64,000 nucleotides of DNA from an uncultured Gemmatimonadales bacterium (GCA_963716255.1 OY970303.1:2720001-2784000), one strand, 5' to 3'. Shown: positions 43,141-53,546, counted from the stretch's first letter. The notes: a model not told the origin generated them from the sequence alone. Numbers and translations are program-made.

Positions 43141-45717
43141 CTATCCGTTCGGGTCCAGGATCTTGCCGATCTCGTCGCGCGCGGCCTCCAGGTGCAGGCG
43201 GGTGGCGCGGTCCGCGGCGCGGGGGATCGCGGAGCGGATCTGCGCGTCCAGCGCGCGCAGCTCGCCGCGCAGCATCCCCTGGGCTTCGGTGGGGCCCGTG
43301 GGCGCGGCGGCGCCGCCCAGGAGCGCGGCGAGGCCGGTGGGGACGGCGGAGCGCGCGGGGGGGTTCACCCGCTCCGCCACCTCGGCCAGGTAGGCGCGCT
43401 GCAGGTTGCGGCGGAACGGGTCGATGGACGGGCTCCCCGCCGACAGCTCGCTCCAGATCCCCTGCCGCACGTCCGTGAGCATCTCGCCCAGCGTGTACAC
43501 CTGGCCCGGGCGGTCCGACAGCGCCTCGAACTCCACCATCCGGCGCATGCGGGCGTTGTTCAGGAGCTGGTCCAGGATGCCGCGCTGCGCCGTCCCGATG
43601 CGGGTGATCGCCCCCTCCACCTCGATGCGGCGCAGGATCTCCTCGTCCAGGAAGAAGCGCGGCGTGCGGAAGGCGTTCTCGTTGAGGAAGCGCACCGCCT
43701 CCTGCTGGCGCGCCCGCGACACCGGCGTGAAGCGCACCCCCTGCTGCCCGCCGCGCTTCTCCTGCGACTCCACCCCGCCCACCACGATGGGGACGTGCGA
43801 CAATTCCGTGCGCCACTGGCCGATCAGGCGCGTGTACAGCTCCCGCAGGTCGGCGAAGTCCTCGCCCGGCTTCACCGTCGCCGGGATCAGCATGGGGACG
43901 ACGCGGCGGATGTTGCGGATCCCCATCCCCGTGGAGTACACCGGGTCCGCGTCGCCCACCGCCTCCGTGTGGTCGCCCGGGTCCGCCCCGCCGCTCCCGA
44001 CCGTGCTGAAGCGCAGGTACGGCTTGGTGTCCTGCTCGCGCGCCCAGGCGTCCAGCGTCATGCGCTCCTCTTCCGGCGTCCGCGCCGTGGGGATGGGCCT
44101 GTACCCCCACATGGTCGCGAACTTGTCGTACGGGCCGATCACCGGCATCAGCAGCTCCACCGGGATGCGGTCCTCCGGCTGCACCACGTAGTTGAAGCGC
44201 GAGTAGTCCATCAGCGTGGGCGTGTGCCGCATCCGCCGCAGGAAGCCCTCGTTGCGCAGGCTGTCCACCGGGTAGGTGGCGCTGGCCTTCATGTTGTGCT
44301 GGAAGCCCAGCGTGTGCCCCACCTCGTGCGCCACCACGTAGCGCAGCAGCTGGCCCATCAGCGAGTCCGGGAAGGGCACCCGCCGCGCCGCGGGGTCAAG
44401 GGGCGCGACCTGGGTGAAGTACTGGCTGCGCATGATGTTCAGGATGTTGTGGTACATCTGGACATCCGCCTCCAGGATCTCCCCCGTGCGGGGGTCCACG
44501 ATCCGCGGCCCCGAGGCGTTCTCCGTCGCCGAGGGGAGCCAGCGGATCACCGAGTAGCGCGCGTCCTCCGGCGACCAGTCCGGGTCCTCGGCCGGCGTGG
44601 GCGCGTCGCGCGCCACGATGGCGTTGCGGAACCCCGCCGCCTCGAAGGCCGGCTTCCAGTCCTCGATCCCCTGCTTGATGAAGGGGATCCAGTGCGCCGG
44701 CGTCGCCGGGTCGATGTAGTACACGATGGGCTTCACCGGCTCCGACACCACCGCCGAGGGGTCCTTCTTCTCCAGGCGGTAGCGGGAGATGAAGGTGCGG
44801 CGCGCCACCCTGTGCTCCTCCGTGCCGAAGTCCTGCTTGGTGACGCTGAAGTAGCCCACCCGCGAATCGGCGAGGCGCGGCATCATGGGGCGCTCCGGGA
44901 GCCGCACCATGCTCCAGTGCATCACCACGCTGGCCGTGCGCGGCCCGGGGCGGAACTCCTCCGGGACACCCGGCGTCGCCGGCGGGGTCACGTTGTAGGT
45001 GTGCGTCGCCTCCACCTCCACGTTGTCCGGGAACGCCGCCACCCGCTCGATGAAGGTGCGCGCCGCGTCCAGGTTGCCGCGAATGGCGTTCCCCACCCCG
45101 AACTCCGGCGAGTTGGTGGTGAACAGGCGCGTGGCGTCGATCACCGCGGAGCTGTCCGGCCCCCAGGCCTCCACGTTGAACACCGCCACCACCGGGTCGT
45201 AGTTGGACGCCGCCACCGCGCGCGAGATGGGCAGCGCCGTGTCCGCCACCACGTCGTACGACACGCTGCGCAGCAGCACCCGGTTGTCGCGCCGCTCCCA
45301 GCGCAGCACGTAGTTGCTCACCGCCTGTCCGCCGTACCCGGAGCCCAGCGTGTTGCGGGCGATCTGGGAGACCAGGAGCATCTCCTTGTTCATCTCCCTC
45401 GCCGGGATCTCGTACAGCAGCCGGCTCCCCACGCGGTGCGTGGTGAACAGCCCGCGGCGGGTCTGCGCGCGCGGCGTCACCACCGACGCGTACGGCCGGG
45501 GGTTGGCCTCCCCGGCGGCGCCGCCGCCTCCCGCCTGCATGGGGCCCTGCACCCCGGGGAGCGACGGGCGGTCGCCACCCGGGGCGGGCGTCTCGCCCCC
45601 GGGGGTGGCGGGAGCGGCGGAGGGCCGCTGCGGCGGCGTGGGCGAGGCGGCCGGGCGTGGCGAGGCGGTGGCGCAGCCTGCCGCGAGAAGCGCCAGGACG
45701 GCGGTCGGGAACTTCAT
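43141..45717 (-). CDS. Zinc-dependent metalloprotease lipoprotein (DUF5117/DUF4953 type)
   Basis: Lipobox AAGC; HEVGHTLGFQH, MDY Met-turn, DPRTGEIL. Confidence 0.9.
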   Translation of the reverse strand: MKFPTAVLALLAAGCATASPRPAASPTPPQRPSAAPATPGGETPAPGGDRPSLPGVQGPMQAGGGGAAGEANPRPYASVVTPRAQTRRGLFTTHRVGSRLLYEIPAREMNKEMLLVSQIARNTLGSGYGGQAVSNYVLRWERRDNRVLLRSVSYDVVADTALPISRAVAASNYDPVVAVFNVEAWGPDSSAVIDATRLFTTNSPEFGVGNAIRGNLDAARTFIERVAAFPDNVEVEATHTYNVTPPATPGVPEEFRPGPRTASVVMHWSMVRLPERPMMPRLADSRVGYFSVTKQDFGTEEHRVARRTFISRYRLEKKDPSAVVSEPVKPIVYYIDPATPAHWIPFIKQGIEDWKPAFEAAGFRNAIVARDAPTPAEDPDWSPEDARYSVIRWLPSATENASGPRIVDPRTGEILEADVQMYHNILNIMRSQYFTQVAPLDPAARRVPFPDSLMGQLLRYVVAHEVGHTLGFQHNMKASATYPVDSLRNEGFLRRMRHTPTLMDYSRFNYVVQPEDRIPVELLMPVIGPYDKFATMWGYRPIPTARTPEEERMTLDAWAREQDTKPYLRFSTVGSGGADPGDHTEAVGDADPVYSTGMGIRNIRRVVPMLIPATVKPGEDFADLRELYTRLIGQWRTELSHVPIVVGGVESQEKRGGQQGVRFTPVSRARQQEAVRFLNENAFRTPRFFLDEEILRRIEVEGAITRIGTAQRGILDQLLNNARMRRMVEFEALSDRPGQVYTLGEMLTDVRQGIWSELSAGSPSIDPFRRNLQRAYLAEVAERVNPPARSAVPTGLAALLGGAAAPTGPTEAQGMLRGELRALDAQIRSAIPRAADRATRLHLEAARDEIGKILDPNG

Positions 45718-45939
45718 GTCGGGGTCTCCGGGGGTGAGAACGCGGAGGGGGAAAGTCTGAAGGCGGAGAATAGTCTATCTCCCCGCCGATGGTTCCGGCA
45801 ACCGGGCGGGGACGAAGCGTGGAGCAGGCGGTGCGAAGCGCGCGCCGGCGGCTTTCCACGGGGCGGCCGGGGCGCCATCTTGGGGCGCGGCGGCGCACCT
45901 CGCCGCCTCCCCTCCACCGAAAACCCTGATCCCGACGCG

Positions 45940-46464
45940 ATGATCCGCACCGTAGACATCTACCGCAAGCACACCCCGCCCGACCCGGCCGTTCCGCGGC
46001 CCGTCCGGGCGTCGCAGGTGGTCTTCGCCGACCTGGCCGAGCCGCACAGCATGAACGTGGCGGGAACGCTGTTCGGCGGCACCATCCTGGGCTTCATCGA
46101 CCGGGCGGCCGCCTTCTGCGCCATGAAGCACGCCGGGCGGCCGGTGGTCACCAAGAACATGGACAGCGTGGAGTTCAACGAGCCCATCTACATCGGCGAG
46201 CTCGTGGTGGCCATGGCCTCCGTCAACTACGCCGGCACCACCAGCATGGAGGTGGGGATCAAGGTCATGGCCCAGAACCCCATCAGCGGCCAGGAGCGGC
46301 ACACCAACACCTGCTACGCCACCTTCGTCGCCCTGGACGAGGAAGGGCGGCCCACGCGCGTTCCGCAGGTGCTTCCCGAGACCGACGACGAGAAGCGGCG
46401 GTACGAGGCGGGGAAGCAGCGTCGCGAGGAGCGGCTGGCTCGGCGGCGTCCTTTGAAAGGCTGA
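45940..46464 (+). CDS. Acyl-CoA thioesterase (hotdog fold)
   Basis: N..GTLFGG.ILG.ID...VNYAGTTSMEVG...FVALD. Confidence 0.9.
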   Translation: MIRTVDIYRKHTPPDPAVPRPVRASQVVFADLAEPHSMNVAGTLFGGTILGFIDRAAAFCAMKHAGRPVVTKNMDSVEFNEPIYIGELVVAMASVNYAGTTSMEVGIKVMAQNPISGQERHTNTCYATFVALDEEGRPTRVPQVLPETDDEKRRYEAGKQRREERLARRRPLKG

Positions 46465-46471
46465 TTCCTGA

Positions 46472-46628
46472 GCGCCGGGGCGGGCCGCTCCGGAGCCCGG
46501 CGGTACTGCTGCCGGTCTCCTGCGCGGGCTCGGCGAGCCCCGGAAACAGCCCCGGGTCTCACCTCGCCGGAGGGAGCCAGCCGAAACTGCCCGGCTGTCT
46601 CCCTCCGTACAGCATCATAGGGGTACGA
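46472..46628 (-). repeat. Repeat family B, copy 4
   Basis: Three modules in reverse orientation. Confidence 0.8.
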
Positions 46629-46656
46629 CGGACCTGCCGAACCACCGGAACCGGAG

Positions 46657-46744
46657 CCCCCTCTCCCAGGATAGCGCTTCACGCTTCGCGTGAACCGGAT
46701 GAAGGACCCGGGTGGCGAGCCTCGAGCGAGCCGGGTGAGGGCCG
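46657..46744 (-). repeat. Repeat family C copy
   Basis: Reverse complement of 9014-9100. Confidence 0.8.
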
Positions 46745-46937
46745 CCGGGCGAGGGCCTTCGTCGACGCTCGCACCCCGCCCCGCATTCTCCCGTCTTGCT
46801 TCCCCGTGCAAACTTTTCCGGGGCCGCTCCGCGGCCTCCGGCGGGGGGAACATCGCCCCGGACCGTTGGTACATGTTCTTTCCCGGGGCGCAGATCGAAA
46901 GGCGCTGCGGGGCCCCGGCGGCCGCGGCGGCGGCTGC

Positions 46938-46966
46938 TTGACGGGGTGCGGGACGAGCACTATACT
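46938..46966 (+). promoter_or_regulatory. Near-consensus sigma70 promoter
   Basis: TTGACG-N17-TATACT. Confidence 0.75.
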
Positions 46967-47285
46967 GTGCGCCCCCCGCCCCGCCGGTGGGGCGGAGACA
47001 CCCCAGCCACCGAAGCGCGACGATGCCCGGAGACGTCCCGATGCAGACCGCCCGCCGCCCCCTGGGGGCGTGTCTCGGCGCGCCCGCGGCGGACGACGCG
47101 GTGCGGTGGATGGCGGAGGTACGGGAGTAGGCGCGCCCCTGGCGCACCCACGCTCCCGCCCGGCCGCCCACAACGCGCCGGGCGGTTGTTTTTTCCGGCA
47201 GAAGTCTTGCAGCATGGCGCACCACGGTCTTCCGGCGCCCGGGAGGCCATCAACGCAGGATCCGTTTTACGGACGAAGAACCCAT

Positions 47286-48194
47286 ATGGCTACGGCAGCA
47301 CGCAAGACACGGCGGCGGAAGCGGTCGGCCCCCTCGCTCGACGCGGGGTTCGGGGTCGCCGCCGAAGACCAGTCGAGCCTGGACCAATATCTGAAGGAGG
47401 TCAGCACGCACAGCCTGCTGACCCCCCCGCAGGAGATCGAGCTCGGGCGGCGTGCGCAGACGGGTGACGAGGACGCCATCCAGGAGCTCGTGCGCGCCAA
47501 CCTCCGGTTCGTGATCTCCGTGGCCAAGAAGTACCAGAACCGCGGCGTCTCCCTGTCGGACCTCATCCAGGAGGGGAACGTGGGGCTGGTCACCGCCGCG
47601 CGGAAGTTCGATCCCGACCAGGGCGTGAAGTTCATCTCCTACGCCGTGTGGTGGATCCGCCAGGCCATCCTGTCGGCGCTCGCCAACCAGGGGCGCGCCG
47701 TGCGCGTGCCGCTGAACCGGGCGTCGGACCTGGCCAAGATCTTCCGGGAGCGCGAGCGCCTCAAGCAGGAGCTGCGGCGCGACCCCACGCCCCAGGAGCT
47801 TTCCGAGGCCACCGGGCTGTCGCCGGAGATCGTGGAGAGCCTGCAGACGCTCAACGCCGCGGAGATCCGGCTGGACGCCCCCATCGGCGACTCCGAGGAC
47901 TCGCAGCTCATGGAGCGCTTCATCTCGGACGAGGCCATCGTCACCGAGGACGAGGTGGAGGAGCGGCTCCTCAGCGAGCGCATCGACCGGGCGCTGGACA
48001 CCCTCCAGCCTCGCGACGCAAAGGTCCTCAAGCTGTACTTCGGGCTGGAGGGCGGGCGCGAGCACACGCTGGAGGAGATCGGCGACATCCTGGGCGTGAC
48101 CCGGGAGCGCATCCGCCAGCTCCGCGACCGCGCGCTCAAGCGCCTGCGCGAAGGGGAGATGGGCGAGGCGCTGGCTTCCTTCGCCGCGGCATGA
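47286..48194 (+). CDS. RNA polymerase sigma factor, RpoD/SigA family (lacks region 1.1)
   Basis: LDQYLKE, ANLRFVISVAKKY, DLIQEGN.GL, FISYAVWWIRQ, TLEEIG...TRERIRQ. Confidence 0.95.
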   Translation: MATAARKTRRRKRSAPSLDAGFGVAAEDQSSLDQYLKEVSTHSLLTPPQEIELGRRAQTGDEDAIQELVRANLRFVISVAKKYQNRGVSLSDLIQEGNVGLVTAARKFDPDQGVKFISYAVWWIRQAILSALANQGRAVRVPLNRASDLAKIFRERERLKQELRRDPTPQELSEATGLSPEIVESLQTLNAAEIRLDAPIGDSEDSQLMERFISDEAIVTEDEVEERLLSERIDRALDTLQPRDAKVLKLYFGLEGGREHTLEEIGDILGVTRERIRQLRDRALKRLREGEMGEALASFAAA

Positions 48195-48276
48195 GCCCCA
48201 TCCGGGGCGGCACCACGCGAGCACCCTCCCCTCCGGGAGGGTGCTCTTTGCTTTCCCCTCCCCCGGGGGCCCGGGC

Positions 48277-49182
48277 ATGATCGGGACGGTTCTCCGGGCG
48301 CAGGGCGGGACGTACGAGGTGGAGACCGGGGAGGGGACGGTGGAGGCCGCGCTCCGCGGCAGGATCAAGCGGGAGGAGCGCACCGGCGAGCGCGTGGTGG
48401 TGGGCGACGTGGTGGACGTGGAGCCGGTCGGCTCCGGGTGGGTGGTGGAGCGCGTGCACCCGCGCCGCACCGCGCTGGTCCGCCGGGCCCCCGGCAAGGC
48501 CCCGCGCGCGAAGACCATCGTCGCCAACGTGGACCAGGTGGTGGTCGTCTTCGCCGTCGCCAACCCCTCCCCGCACCTCCGCATGCTGGACCGCTTCCTG
48601 GTCATCTGCGAGTCCAGCGGGCTGGACCCCCTCATCGTCGCCAACAAGACGGACGTCACCGGTATCGACGCCGCCCGGGCGCTGTTCGGCCCCTACGAGC
48701 GCGCCGGCTACCCCGTGCTCTACACCGCCGCCCGGGAGCGCCGCGGCGTGGACGAGCTGCGCGGGGCCATCTGCGGGCGGGTGTCCGCCCTCACCGGTCC
48801 CTCCGGCGTGGGCAAGTCCAGCCTCCTCAACGCCGTGCAGCCCGGGCTGGGGCTCCGCGTCGCCGCCATCAGCCAGGCGGTGGACAAGGGGCGCCACACC
48901 ACCGTCACCGCGCAGCTCATCCCGCTGGAGTGCGGCGGCTACGTGGCCGACACTCCGGGGCTGCGGGAGGTGGGGCTCTGGGGGGTGGACCCCGACGAGC
49001 TGGACGGCTACTTCCCCGAGCTGCGCCCGTACCTGGGCCGCTGCCGCTACGCCAACTCGTGCACCCACACGCACGAGCCGGGGTGCGCGGTGCGCGCCGC
49101 CGTGGACGCCGGCGAGGTGGACCCTGCCCGCTTCGAGAGCTACCGGCGGATGATGCAGGGGGAGGACGAGGACGGGGCGTGA
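48277..49182 (+). CDS. rsgA: Ribosome small subunit-dependent GTPase A
   Basis: ANVDQ, NKTD, GPSGVGKSS, GRHTT, DTPG, C-terminal CxxxxCxHxxEPGC zinc site. Confidence 0.95.
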   Translation: MIGTVLRAQGGTYEVETGEGTVEAALRGRIKREERTGERVVVGDVVDVEPVGSGWVVERVHPRRTALVRRAPGKAPRAKTIVANVDQVVVVFAVANPSPHLRMLDRFLVICESSGLDPLIVANKTDVTGIDAARALFGPYERAGYPVLYTAARERRGVDELRGAICGRVSALTGPSGVGKSSLLNAVQPGLGLRVAAISQAVDKGRHTTVTAQLIPLECGGYVADTPGLREVGLWGVDPDELDGYFPELRPYLGRCRYANSCTHTHEPGCAVRAAVDAGEVDPARFESYRRMMQGEDEDGA

Positions 49183-49412
49183 GCGCCCCCTGAAAACGGG
49201 TCGTGACGCACACCCGGGGTCGCTCGTCCTACCCCACCGTAGCTGGCCCGGACGCGCGCGCCGGACCAACTCCCGCAGGGCACACCCGTCGCGAGGCGGG
49301 GTCGCAAAGCCTGGAGTCTCCACGAGACTGTCCGGCCGTCCCGGAAACGGGTAGACGGGAGAAGCGAAGCCGGAGCTGGTTTGCCGGCAACCCTTCTTTC
49401 CTGGAGGCGACC

Positions 49413-50360
49413 ATGGTCGCACGAAGCCGCTCGATGTTCCTCCCCGTCCTCGCGGGGGCCCTGTTCCTGGGTGCCTGCGAGAGCTCCTCCGGCTCGCTCG
49501 ATCCCGGCGAAGCCAGCCTCACCGTCCAGCTCACCGACGCGCCCGGCGACCTCAAGCAGGCGTACGTCAAGGTCGGCAGGATCATCCTGCAGGGCACCCA
49601 GACCGGCGACAGCACCGCCGCGCGGCAGGAGTTCACCGTGACCTCCCCCGCGTGGATCAACCTGCTGTCGCTCGCCGGCGGCAAGCTCCAGGACCTGGTG
49701 AGCGGCGCCACCGTGCAGCCCGGCACCTACACGCAGCTGCGCCTGGTGGTGGACGGCGCGTACGTGGTCACCAGCGACAACAAGGTGTACGCCACCTCCG
49801 GCGCCGCGCTCCCGGCCGGGGTGACCTCCACCGGCGAGCTGAAGTGCCCCGGCTGCGCCCAGAGCGGGTTCAAGGTAATCTTCCCCGGCGGCATCACCGT
49901 GGCCGACTCCACCTCCCTGCTCATCGACTTCGACGTCAACCAGAGCTTCGGCCACGAGGCGGGCAACTCCGGCAAGTACATCCTCAAGCCGGTGCTGATC
50001 GGCTCGCGCCGCACCGGCGGCGCCCTGCCGGGGACCATCAGCGGCACGGTGGTGCTGGCGCAGGGCGTGACCCTCCCCGCGTGCGGCGGGCAGAGCACGC
50101 TGGACCTCACCCGCTTCGTCCCCACCGCGACTTCGGGGACCACGCTGAAGACGGGCACCACCGCGGCGAACGGCGCCTACACCATCGGCGCGGTGGCCCC
50201 GGGGAGCTACACGCTGGGCGTGGACCGGGTGGGCTTCGCCAACGGCGACACGCTGACCTTCGCCGCCACGGCCGCGCCGGCCACGGTGACGGTCGCGTCG
50301 GGCGCCGCGTCCACGGCCGGCTACAGCGTCACCTCCGCCACCTGCAAGGTGAAGGGCTGA
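49413..50360 (+). CDS. DUF4382 domain lipoprotein
   Basis: Lipobox LGAC; LTDAP, YTQLRL, LIDFDV..SF, YILKPV. Confidence 0.8.
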   Translation: MVARSRSMFLPVLAGALFLGACESSSGSLDPGEASLTVQLTDAPGDLKQAYVKVGRIILQGTQTGDSTAARQEFTVTSPAWINLLSLAGGKLQDLVSGATVQPGTYTQLRLVVDGAYVVTSDNKVYATSGAALPAGVTSTGELKCPGCAQSGFKVIFPGGITVADSTSLLIDFDVNQSFGHEAGNSGKYILKPVLIGSRRTGGALPGTISGTVVLAQGVTLPACGGQSTLDLTRFVPTATSGTTLKTGTTAANGAYTIGAVAPGSYTLGVDRVGFANGDTLTFAATAAPATVTVASGAASTAGYSVTSATCKVKG

Positions 50361-50375
50361 GCTGGCGGGGCGGAA

Positions 50376-50412
50376 GGACGAAGGGGTCGCCCGGCGGGTG
50401 GCCCCTTTCGTT
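50376..50412 (+). terminator. Intrinsic terminator
   Basis: GAAGGGGTCGCCCG-GC-GGGTGGCCCCTTTC hairpin followed by GTTT. Confidence 0.6.
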
Positions 50413-50534
50413 TGCCGCCAGGATTGTTCAGAAACGGACGCACCGCTACCTTGACCTGCCCCAGGGGAGCGGCGGCACGGCCCGGACCGTGCATCGCCGG
50501 ACCCCTTCCAACCCCGGCCCCTTTTCCTCCCGCA

Positions 50535-52223
50535 ATGGACCTCCTGGACGTCGCCGTCCAAGTGTACGACAGCGACACCCCGACGGCCGCTTTCCGGTCG
50601 GCGGTGGAGCGTCTTTCCTCCTCCCTTCCGCTCCGTTCCGCCTGGTGGGCGGACCGGGTGGGCAGCGGCGTCGTGGAGCGGTGGCCGGACAGCGCGGAGC
50701 CGTGCCGCGACCTGCTGCGCGACGCGCGCGCCGCCCGCGAGCCCCGCCTCCAGGCCTCGCCGGACTGCGACGCCCTCCTCCTCCCGCTCGGCGACGGGGC
50801 GGGCGTGGTGGTGCTCCAGGGCGAGCACGGCGCCTTCGGGGAGCGGCTGGAGGCGGGGTGGGAGCGGGTGGCGGGCGCCCTGCGGCGCGTGGCGGAGCGG
50901 GACGGCCGCCTCCGCCGCGCCGAAGAGGAGCGCGACACCCTGCGCCTGCGCGCCGAGGAAAGCGAGGCGCTGCACGTGCTGGGGCTGGCGGCCAACCGCA
51001 CCCTGGATCCGGACGAGGTGCTCAACCTGGTGGCGCGCTTCACCCGGACGCTGCTGGGCGCACACTACGTGACGGTGAACACCACCGGAGCGGACCGGCA
51101 CATCCGCACGGTGGCCGCGGTGGGGCTGCGCGCCCCCAACCCGGACGACGACCCGTTCGCGGTGCGCGTGGTGGAGGCGGGCAAGCCGCTCTCCGCCGGG
51201 AGCGAGGGCGACGCCTTCGGGGTGGAAGACTTCTCCTTCCACGCGGCCGAGGGGATGCGGGTGGGGCTGGGTGTCCCCCTGTCGCTGTTCGGCGAGACCT
51301 TCGGGGCGCTGGTGGTGGGGTACCGCCGCGAGTACCCGCTCGCCCCGCGCGACACCCGGCTGGCGCTGACGCTGGCGGGGCACGCGGCGGTGGCGATCAG
51401 CAACGCCCGCCTGCACCGCGAGCTCGCGGACCGCTCGCGCGAGCTGGAGCGCGCGTACGAGGAGCTGCGCTGGTCGTCGCAGGCCAAGGAGCGCTTCTTC
51501 GCCTCGCTCAGCCACGAGCTGCGCACCCCGCTCAACGCCATCCTCGGCTACCAGAGCCTCCTCCTGGACGGAGTGGCGGGCGAGGTGCCCGGCCAGCAGC
51601 GCACCTTCATGGAGCGGGCGCAGCGCGCCACGCAGAACCTCCTGCACCTGGTCAACGACGTCCTGGACCTGTCCAAGATCGAGGCGGGGAAGATGGAGCT
51701 GGTGCTGCGCCCCGTCTCGCTCCGCGAGGTGGTGGAGGACGCCTACACGTCCATACAGCCGCTCGCCGACCAGAAGGGGCTCCGCTTCCGCGTCCCGTCC
51801 CCCGCCAGCCTTCCGGCGCTGCACACCGACGGTGACCGGGTCCGCCAGATCCTGGTGAACCTGTTTTCCAACGCGGTGAAGTTCACGGACGACGGCGAGG
51901 TCACCGTCACCGTCGCGGCTCCGCAGGCGGACGGGGACGCGCTTCCGGCGGAGGGGGCGCCGCCGCGCTGGCTGGAGATCCGGGTCACGGACACCGGTCC
52001 GGGGATCGCCGCGGAGAACCGCGAGCGGATCTTCCACGAGTTCGAGCAGGTGGTGGGGCCCGGCGGGCGCGGCGGGACCGGGCTTGGGCTTCCCATCTCC
52101 CGCAAGCTCGCGCGCCTGCTGGGCGGCGACCTGCTGGTGGAAAGCACGCTGGGGGTGGGCTCCACCTTCATCCTCCGGCTCCCCAACGTCCCCGCCGCGG
52201 ACCCCGGGAGGTCCCTCCCGTGA
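50535..52223 (+). CDS. Cytoplasmic GAF-domain sensor histidine kinase
   Basis: SHELRTPLN, NLFSNAVKFT, DTGPGI, GTGLGL; no transmembrane segment seen. Confidence 0.92.
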   Translation: MDLLDVAVQVYDSDTPTAAFRSAVERLSSSLPLRSAWWADRVGSGVVERWPDSAEPCRDLLRDARAAREPRLQASPDCDALLLPLGDGAGVVVLQGEHGAFGERLEAGWERVAGALRRVAERDGRLRRAEEERDTLRLRAEESEALHVLGLAANRTLDPDEVLNLVARFTRTLLGAHYVTVNTTGADRHIRTVAAVGLRAPNPDDDPFAVRVVEAGKPLSAGSEGDAFGVEDFSFHAAEGMRVGLGVPLSLFGETFGALVVGYRREYPLAPRDTRLALTLAGHAAVAISNARLHRELADRSRELERAYEELRWSSQAKERFFASLSHELRTPLNAILGYQSLLLDGVAGEVPGQQRTFMERAQRATQNLLHLVNDVLDLSKIEAGKMELVLRPVSLREVVEDAYTSIQPLADQKGLRFRVPSPASLPALHTDGDRVRQILVNLFSNAVKFTDDGEVTVTVAAPQADGDALPAEGAPPRWLEIRVTDTGPGIAAENRERIFHEFEQVVGPGGRGGTGLGLPISRKLARLLGGDLLVESTLGVGSTFILRLPNVPAADPGRSLP

Positions 52224-53260
52224 ACCTGGCGCTCGCCCCCTCCGCCCCGTCGCTGGACGCGCTCGCGGAGCACGCGGAGCACGAGGAGCGGCTGGGCCGC
52301 TGGAACTCGACCGCGCAGGCGTACTCGCGCCTCTTCCGCGCGGCGCTGGAGCAGGGGGAGATGGTGCGGGCGGTGAACGCGCTGCGCGGACAGGCCCGGG
52401 TGCGCAGGGAGCAGGGGCGGTACGAGGAGGCCGCCGAGCTGGTGGAGCTGAGCCGCGAGATCGCCGAGCGCCACGGGGAGATGCAGGAAGCCGCGCGGGC
52501 GGTGAACGCCCTGGGGGTCATCCTGTACGCCGAGGGGCAGTGGCCCGAGGCCGCGGAGCTCTACGAGCGGGCCCTCAACCTGGCGATCGACCTGGGGGAC
52601 GACGAGCTCGTGGGCTTCGCGTGCCAGAACCTGGGCGTCCTCGCGAACACGCAGGGAAGGCTGCGCGACGCGCGCATCCACTACCTGGAAAGCATCGGGA
52701 GCAGCGTCCGCTCGGGCAACAAGCGGAACGAGATGATGGCGTACAACAACCTGGGGTTCGTGTGCGGCAACCTCAAGGAGTGGCTGGAGGCCGAGGTCTA
52801 CTTCGACCGGGCGATCGAGATCGCCGACCGCGACGGGGACTCCGCCCACATGGCGAGCCTGCTCGCCAACCGGGCTCTCCCGCTGCTGCAGGTGGGGGAG
52901 CTGGCGCGCGCCCGGGACACCCTGCGCCAGGCCGAGGAAGCCGCGCGCCGGATCGACAGCCGGGTGGCCCTGGCCGACATCTCCCGGTTCCGGGGGATGC
53001 TCGCCCGCCTGGAGGGTGACTTCGCGGAGGCGCGGCGCTACTTCGACGAGTCGCTGGCGCTGACCACCGGCTCGGGACTGGAGTACGAGCGCGCCAAGGC
53101 GCTCGCCGAGATCGGGTCGCTCCACCTGGACGAGGGCCGGACGTCCAGGGCGGCCACGGTGCTGCAGACCGCGTGCGAGATCTTCCGCTCCCTCGGCGCG
53201 GTGCGGGACGCCCACCAGACGGAAGTGCTCCTGGAGACGCTCTCCGAAGCCGAATCATAG
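52220..53260 (+). CDS. Stand-alone TPR protein (~40-aa repeats, Asn-rich helices)
   Basis: AVNALRG, AVNALGV, CQNLGV, YNNLGF, LANRA repeats; GTGA overlap with the kinase stop. Confidence 0.85.
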   Translation: MNLALAPSAPSLDALAEHAEHEERLGRWNSTAQAYSRLFRAALEQGEMVRAVNALRGQARVRREQGRYEEAAELVELSREIAERHGEMQEAARAVNALGVILYAEGQWPEAAELYERALNLAIDLGDDELVGFACQNLGVLANTQGRLRDARIHYLESIGSSVRSGNKRNEMMAYNNLGFVCGNLKEWLEAEVYFDRAIEIADRDGDSAHMASLLANRALPLLQVGELARARDTLRQAEEAARRIDSRVALADISRFRGMLARLEGDFAEARRYFDESLALTTGSGLEYERAKALAEIGSLHLDEGRTSRAATVLQTACEIFRSLGAVRDAHQTEVLLETLSEAES

Positions 53261-53333
53261 CGGCCAACGGTTTACGCCGGGCATAGTTGTTGCCATCGTT
53301 CAGCGGCGGAAAACATGCTACCCTGGAGGCCTT

Positions 53334-53546
53334 ATGATTCGCTGGACTCGCTGCGCCGCCGTCGCCTTCGTGCTGGCACTTGCCGCCTGCGGCGACACGT
53401 CGTCCGATTCTCCGCTCGCTCCGTCCAGGCCCAGCCTCAACAGCGGACTGCTCACCGGGTCGAACGCCCAGGCGACCGCGTCCAGCGACACCACCGCCAC
53501 CGCCCCGACCCCCGAGCGGAGCGGGCTGCTCACGGGATCGAACTGA
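53334..53546 (+). CDS. Small lipoprotein / candidate signalling propeptide with two SGLLTGSN repeats
   Basis: GGAGG RBS, signal peptide with lipobox LAAC, SGLLTGSN at aa 37-44 and 63-70 (C-terminus). Confidence 0.8.
   Translation: MIRWTRCAAVAFVLALAACGDTSSDSPLAPSRPSLNSGLLTGSNAQATASSDTTATAPTPERSGLLTGSN

Noticed and set aside
46993..47040. Glycine-riboswitch-like GGAGA...CACCGAAG words
   Set aside because: The downstream CTCTCAGG-type element is missing and the adjacent gene is unrelated to glycine metabolism.
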